NCBI GenBank assembly: GCA_040143965.1
Contig: JASJQH010000020.1
Coordinates: 1 to 48,262 of the forward strand
Reading direction: 5' to 3'
DNA length: 48,262 nucleotides
DNA from: Basidiobolus ranarum
Taxonomy: Eukaryota
Under the pieces are notes generated by a model, which worked only from the letters and a program-made list of their open reading frames with translations, had not been told where the DNA came from and ran no database searches. Positions 41,813 through 48,262 of the stretch are shown here, one piece after another (positions within the stretch are counted from its first letter, which is position 1; every line of letters starts with the position of its first letter). The position numbers and the translations under genes are program-made.

Positions 41813-42758
41813 ATGAATGAAGCTCTGGATTTAGATGGTTTGGACAAAAACCTGGTCTTTCGTAACAACTTTACTACAATCCTCGTAGCATTCGCATTTC
41901 CAATCGCAATTCAGGGCATCTATCGGTCCATTAAGATTGCTTTATCGGAGACGTTGGTGATATATAAGCTCAACTTTGCCCAATGCTCATTCTTCCTTAT
42001 CAACGTAGTGATAGATCTCTTGGCTGTGTTCTATCGTAAACATAGCTGCCCCTTCCAATTTTACTTGTATCAAATCATTTCATTCGTCTCTTTTCTGCTG
42101 TTCTACTTAATTCTACTCCTCAAAGCTTATTATGCTAGTAAGGCCTTTAAACTGATTGGAGTTGTGTTCGTTCTCGGTCAAGTAGGTCGGTTAGTAGGCA
42201 CAGTTCAGACCATTCGCTCATCCACGATAACTCAAGAAAGCATTGGCCTATGCTCCATTCAAAGTGACCCGACTTGGTCGCTGCTCTTGCTAGTATCAGA
42301 GACTGTAATTGTGGTATTTTTGAGCTTTATGTTCATGAAGAAGATCCTAGCCCAGTCCAAATATATCCCCTCTAAAGTCTACACAATGCTAATGAAGCAC
42401 GGATTCGTATTTCCAGTAGCTATTTGTGTAGTGAATATCATCTTCTCCATATTGCTATTTAGCAAGATATCAGCTATCTCCATTGACCATCTACTACGAA
42501 TAGGATGTAAGTTATTTCTTTTTTCTTCCTAGACCATAATTATCCTTAACTTTTGCCAATTCACCAGGGATAGCAAATGCCTGGTTAATTATGAAGCAAA
42601 CCGAGAACTCCCATTATTTACACAAGCAAGGCCTTGAATTCGATAATTCTGAACTACATGAAACTACAATCTTAAGTAATCACAAGGACATAGACCTGCA
42701 AGTTGAAGATAGTTGGAGTCGTTATTTGGGAGTAAAACCTAGCGGAACAGGAGTATAA
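41813..42758 (+). CDS. Orphan seven-transmembrane (GPCR-like) protein, ~294 aa, 2 exons
   Basis: Exons 41813-42506 and 42568-42758; about seven hydrophobic segments; Cys before TM3 (HSC) and in the TM4-TM5 loop (GLC); TATA-like GTATATAAAT ~40 bp upstream. Confidence 0.7.
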
Positions 42759-42913
42759 TTACAATTCACTCAAATCCCCTTCTATTGTTTTCCCTTCCCT
42801 TAATCTTAGACATATCATCGCTAGCCTGTACTAACTTGTAATTATTTATTAATTATCTAACAAATATCCATTAGACCACAATATCGTGCACAAATATCAA
42901 TTGAACCTCTACT

Positions 42914-43017
42914 GTCAATATCGTGCATGAACTCAGTTTGAAGTAGTATTACATTCCCTTGGTTGGTCAATATCGTGCATGAACTCAGTTTGAAGTAGTA
43001 TTACATTCCCTTGGTTG
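42914..43017. repeat. Perfect 52-bp tandem duplication
   Basis: GTCAATATCGTGCATGAACTCAGTTTGAAGTAGTATTACATTCCCTTGGTTG twice (42914-42965, 42966-43017). Confidence 0.95.
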
Positions 43018-44340
43018 CGTCTTAGCAACTGACCATTATCGGTACAGTTTACGTATAGAAATCCCTTCTATATATAAGTAGCTTGTCACTTGAATTGACA
43101 ATTTGCTCCATGCTTTGCCAGTTGGTGACATGCTCTTAGGATGAGCTTTAATGTCCAATATGAACTGTGTATATATAGATTTCATTGATTTGAAGTGGTA
43201 TTATGCTAATCCATATTCTTGCAATATATACTTCCAAATGGGGTGCTAGTGATTGGGTATTATTATCATTATCATCGCTGAACCGTACGAGCGTTTTTAC
43301 TTCTATGCCAAAGATGCCAGGTTTTAGTAAAAGAACAAGATAGAGAATATTCGACTTCTCACTATTACAGAAAATCTATATATTTATATTATTATTACAA
43401 TGAGCAGGTAAATATGGTCCTATCACAAGAATTCATTTTTGTCACTGTTGGGTAAATTACTCAAGTCTGTGAAATGATAAATGACAATCTGGCCCATAAT
43501 TCCAATCATTAGGATCTCCATTTCCGAGATTTTCGTATCCCGACAAGCTGCAACCGAACCTCAATCATCCATTATTATTCTGCTTCACCAATTGTGATGG
43601 TAGTTTAATCGGATTGACCTAAGTCGAGATTATTATTCCGGAATTCAAACAATAATCAAACAACAGGGGTATTTGCTTCAGAACATATGCGGCTTATTTG
43701 TTACTGCATACATTATATTTGTTTTATTGTGGCATTCATTATTGAAGTATTGCATATCTATTCCTTGCATAGCCAATGGCGTAAATATCACATGTCTTGT
43801 TATTTAAAATGAGGAATTCTTGAATGCATAAATTGCGACAATGACACTTAGGAAAACTATACCACCTTCCACAAAATTCGCATTCACTATGTATTTCTTT
43901 TATGCATTTCCCATAGGTTATCAAACTAATCTATAGTTGAAATATGGTAGAGGTGAAGCGAAAATACCAGGGTATGAAGGAGTTGAGTTGTGCTCTAAGG
44001 ATGAAACAAGGTTGCCTGCCGATAAAACCAGATAAGGTCATTGCGCCATCATGACTGTCTCTGAGTCCACATCGATGTAGGAAGGGTTAGGATTAGAACG
44101 CGCTATTTTAACAACTAGGCTATCTTATCATCTGGTGACTTAAATACGTCTTATGCTTGGCAACAGAAGTGTATAACTTGTAGGTTAAAAAATAGTTTAT
44201 GGTATATATGCTCGTAATTACTTATATGTAGGCACCTCTGCTTAGGTTAATAATAGCCTTACCTGGATGTATGTAAATTGGGTTCGGGCCTAAAGTCGTA
44301 TGTACTGATCTCAAGTGGATCTATAGTGCTGGCTTGGGTA

Positions 44341-44646
44341 AGTTGAAATTAGCATTGCCTAAACACTAGCTTGGTATTTAGTTATCCTATATTGAACTAA
44401 GATATCTCCCATTATTCGATATTGGAATTTACTTAGAAGTTTGAAGATATATAGATTTTTCGAAGAAGCCCCAAGCTTTGCACACATGTTCCTGGGACCT
44501 TCCTTAACACATTCTACACGTTAGTTTGTTTACATCTTGACAAAACTATAAATGTCAACTGAATACTCAATAAATCAACAAGTGAAAACCACCAATTTCT
44601 CTAATTTGAAAATCCACTTCCAACAGGCTCCCAAAATACTTTAACA
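44341..44646 (+). mobile_element. Dispersed repeat copy A (solo-LTR-like or TIR arm)
   Basis: Homologous to 47458-47792; the core 44451-44606 differs from 47598-47753 at 6 of 156 positions; ends TTAACA. Confidence 0.7.
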
Positions 44647-46294
44647 GAGTCAATTTATATTCCTACTTGGCCATTTAGTTATTGATTCTCCAATATTTAC
44701 CAAAAGGGTCTCAGTTTTAGAAATCCGTCTCTTCTCAGTCGCTCATGTCATACAACTTATGTCTATCCGAATACGGGCAACGGACACTGAATATTACATG
44801 CATGAGGAACGGCTTCTTGGGGGCTTATATGAGTAGTAAAGGTATAATGGGAATTTAGTAAAGTAAAGATGAAGTAAAGTTTTTTAGGCAATAAACCACT
44901 TGGAATAAAGTTTACACTATGCTTAGTGTTACCACTTCCATTTATAGCCATTTTTTCCGAAAACTGTCAACACTAGATATCAAAAAGGTATATGTGAAGT
45001 TCCTAACGGTTGTCCCGCAACAGGGTACAAGTACCATACTCATCGTCAGGTTTGCTTTCCTGATGACAGAAGCCAATGCAATAACGAAAGCCTTGAAGTA
45101 ATTCGCCTCGGAGGAACGTACAATATGTTCTGCGGTGTTGCTAAAGGACTCCCTAGGACAATTAATTTTGCTCAAGATACTACGTGTGAAGAGTGGGAAA
45201 CATCTTCGAATGGACTATGCTATCTTCCAGCTTGTGATGAAGGACAAACCAAGTGTTTGAGAGATGAGAAAGAATACCAAGTTTTTGGACTAGGAAGCTC
45301 CGCTGAACTGAAGTGCTACTACTTTCTTGTACATCTAGCTGATACAATTCTAAATTCTTTTTTCTCGCGGCGTTCTCTTTACCTTGAGTGCTGTTTCATG
45401 GTGGATAATTCTGGTTTACAGTTCGACTTTCATTCCCTCCCTATGGAAGCAATCTTAACAATGTACTTTTAGAACATACTTTTCCACCATCATTACCTAT
45501 AGGAACTGAAGTAATTGACTATGAAGTTGGGCTTAGTTCTTGTGGGCAGGTTCAGTGGCCTAAGACATTTACGGAATGAACATTAGTTTAATTTTTCTCG
45601 GGATTTTCTTAATCACGACATACAAAAATAGTGGATGACTGGCGATGTTCAGAGTCAAATCTACACCTCTCGATTTACAGGCATGTGCCACCTAGCCCAA
45701 GAACATCGCTATAGAGTTTATAGAAATATAGTCACTACTTGTAACTATACAGGAAAACTGTCATTAAACGATCATATTACAAACCAGAAGAAAGTGTGCG
45801 AGTTGACTTTGCTTAAATAAGTTCGAATTTGTAATCACATTGATAGACGAGATTAACTAGAAAGCCCTTACTATTGTTACATCTTACTTTCATTATAACC
45901 AACATTTAGGTCCACTAAAATCTAGGATATTGGGGAAGTGTTCTAGAGCGCTCTTTTCGTGACGACCTGGTCCTTACTTGAAGTGCTCTTTTTTCCTTTT
46001 TTAGCAACAGAAACGAGTTACTAATTTAGGAATTGATCTCTAATAAGGTTGATTTGCGGACTTGGTTCATCTAAAAGAGATTCTTGCAGATACTTCTGCT
46101 GTATTATAATCTTCCTCCATTGGCCCAAGGGCCCCGCTGTAACCTAGCATTGGTTAAGTATTTGTATTCCAGACCTGTCTATTCTGGTCTAACTTTGGAC
46201 GGAAATCAAATATTCTTAATCAAAGTAGTTGAGATGCTCGGTGGCAAATAGGTATAAATATCGCTCACATCATTCCAGAGAAGTATACAAAATC

Positions 46295-46759
46295 ATGAAG
46301 TTCTTCAATTTATTCGTGGCCATTTTCGCTTTTTCCGGGGTTGCTTTCTCCTTTGATCCAAATGTACTACTCGCTCTAGTCAATCAGCAACGTCAACTGG
46401 TCGGCGCTCCAGCCTTGACCATTGATCCAAGGCTCGCCTTGGCAGCTGAAAGACACACCATCTTCCAAGCTACCATACACGAAATGACCCATGATGAAGC
46501 TGGTCTAACGCTAGGTCAGAGAATTAGTCAAACTGGTTATGTTTGGAGCAATATTGGTGAGAATGTGGCTGCAGGATTTGGTGATGCAGTTTCCGTAATG
46601 AACGCTTGGATGAACTCACCCGAACACCGTAGAAATATCTTAAATCCAATTTTCACCCAAACTGGTATAGCATACGACCCCCAAGGTAGCTATTGGACTC
46701 AAGATTTTGGTCGTCCTATGGTAGTACGCAAACGTTCTGCCAGAGTTTTTAGAAAATAA
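46295..46759 (+). CDS. Secreted CAP/SCP (PR-1-like) domain protein
   Basis: Signal peptide MKFFNLFVAIFAFSGVAFS; LVNQQR, GENVAAG, WMNSPEHRRNIL, YWTQDFG; TATAAATA at ~46253. Confidence 0.93.
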   Translation: MKFFNLFVAIFAFSGVAFSFDPNVLLALVNQQRQLVGAPALTIDPRLALAAERHTIFQATIHEMTHDEAGLTLGQRISQTGYVWSNIGENVAAGFGDAVSVMNAWMNSPEHRRNILNPIFTQTGIAYDPQGSYWTQDFGRPMVVRKRSARVFRK

Positions 46760-47457
46760 TAGCACATATGAGTAGCAATTATAATAGATGTAATTTGATT
46801 AGATGAGATACCCATATACCACATAACTAAATTAAACTATTATTGGTTTATTTCAAATCATTGTATTTGACTTGGGTTACTTGCTAGCTATCTAGATAAA
46901 TAATTGGGGATTTTTTCATGTTTGCCTCCATATCCGAAGTTCATTCTCTGCTTACTTCATTTATAACCTTGGCCAATACTGAGCTATATATCCTGCTGAG
47001 TTACAGGCAGAAAACATAATCAATCAATTGAGCTAAAGAACTTGGTTGGCTCCTCCTTGTTCCATTGAAATAGAGTAGGCATCTAGCCTAAAATCTTTGA
47101 AATGTGTCAGACAGTATGCAGTCCTTTAGAGCGCAAATACAATGAGATTCACAGCAGTCACATACATATTCTTCAAATAAGCAATAAATTAAATCATTTC
47201 AGTGAGTTATATATATAGCACTATATATATATTTGCCTGTGGATAGTGCCCAGAAGTTGTAGCTTATTTAGCTCTAAATACAATAAAATGCAAGGAACAT
47301 AAATATGCTTTGTGTTTCACCATAGTTATATGTCAACCTTAAGGAAGAATTTAGATCTCTAAATGGCATGAAATTTCAAATGTTGTGGATATTGAATGCA
47401 CTGAGCAATGAGAAGCCACCTAGGATGTCCACATACTGATGTGTATGAACAAGAGTG

Positions 47458-47792
47458 TGTTGTAATTGGAATTGCCTAAACACCTATATAGTCATACATA
47501 GCTTAGTAGTTATCTTATGACTCACAAAGGTATTATCCATTATTCTCATAAGGAATTTACTTAGAATATTGTCACCAACTTTGAAGTTCTCAGATAAATA
47601 GATTTTTCAAAGAAGCTCCAAGCTTTGCACACATATTCCTGGGACCTTCCTTAACACATTCTACATGTTAGTTTGTTTACATCTTGACAAAACTATAAAT
47701 GTCAACTGAATACTCAATAAATCAATAAGTGAAAACCACCAATTCCTCTAATTCTCCAAACCACTTCCAACAGGCTCCCAAATACTTCAACA
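47458..47792 (+). mobile_element. Dispersed repeat copy B (solo-LTR-like or TIR arm)
   Basis: Begins TGTTGTA and ends TTCAACA (TG...CA with short imperfect inverted termini); homologous to copy A. Confidence 0.7.
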
Positions 47793-48225
47793 CAATATAC
47801 CAGAAATATCTATTTCTTACTTTTTAAATCAAATTTGCATCAAATTTTGGTCATAATTCAGACATATGCAGTACATTGCCATACTTTCCATTGCTCTACA
47901 TTAATTTTAGCTTCAAACCAAGCTTGATACCATGCATATTTAGGTAAAATCAATTATAACTCCAATTCTTTGGATATACAGATGCAACAACAAATTTTGC
48001 TCAAAAAATATGGATACATCTTGGACATTTATGATATATTTATCTCTATTGGCCACTCTATCTTGTTGAGATGAGTAGAGAGCAGTAGTTTCTTGATTAG
48101 TCCCACTTATTTGGAAAAGTAAATAAGTAGTGTTGAACTGTATTCCCCACCATTATCAGTACATATTTTTATAATCATAGTTCCAGATGCAGTCTCAACA
48201 AGTGTTATAAAACTTCTGAAAATAG

Positions 48226-48262
48226 TGTTATAGTATTTGGGAGCCTGTTAGAAGTGGTTTGG
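48226..48262 (-). mobile_element. Dispersed repeat copy C, inverted, running off the window end
   Basis: Reverse complement of 48225-48262 matches 47756-47793 at 35/38 nt. Confidence 0.75.

Noticed and set aside
42507-42567. U12-like branch motif TCCTTAAC in the 7TM gene intron
   Set aside because: The donor is a canonical U2 GTAAGT; the branch motif alone is not diagnostic.
44919-45472. Two short plus-strand ORFs (60 and 115 aa) with a few Cys between repeat copies
   Set aside because: No recognisable domain or retroelement motif; possibly a relic but not supportable.

Overview
AT-rich, intron-containing eukaryotic DNA with short GT-AG introns. Gene content is fungal, and the ARMC7 and EIPR1 genes plus a U12 intron suggest an early-diverging (non-Dikarya) fungus; this is inferred, not searched. 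About 18 protein genes are present: two convergent FKS 1,3-beta-glucan synthase paralogs flanking a trihelix/MSANTD factor, a DHX33/DHR2-like helicase, eIF2B-epsilon, a GT4 glycosyltransferase, a fatty-acid elongase, a METTL21-like methyltransferase, a secreted Cys-rich protein, ISA1, ARMC7, EIPR1/TSSC1, DOA4/USP8, a short THOC5, a PZP+PHD+Rua1-like protein, MCM3, an orphan 7TM protein and a secreted CAP protein. The right end is repeat-rich. The most notable observations are a textbook U12-type (minor spliceosome) intron in MCM3 with the minor-spliceosome factor ARMC7 nearby, an unexplained strand-specific structured-RNA candidate at ~22.04-22.20 kb, a PZP-PHD-Rua1-like domain fusion, gene-conversion-like tracts between the inverted FKS paralogs, and a TG...CA-terminated repeat in three copies. 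Exon boundaries were read by eye.
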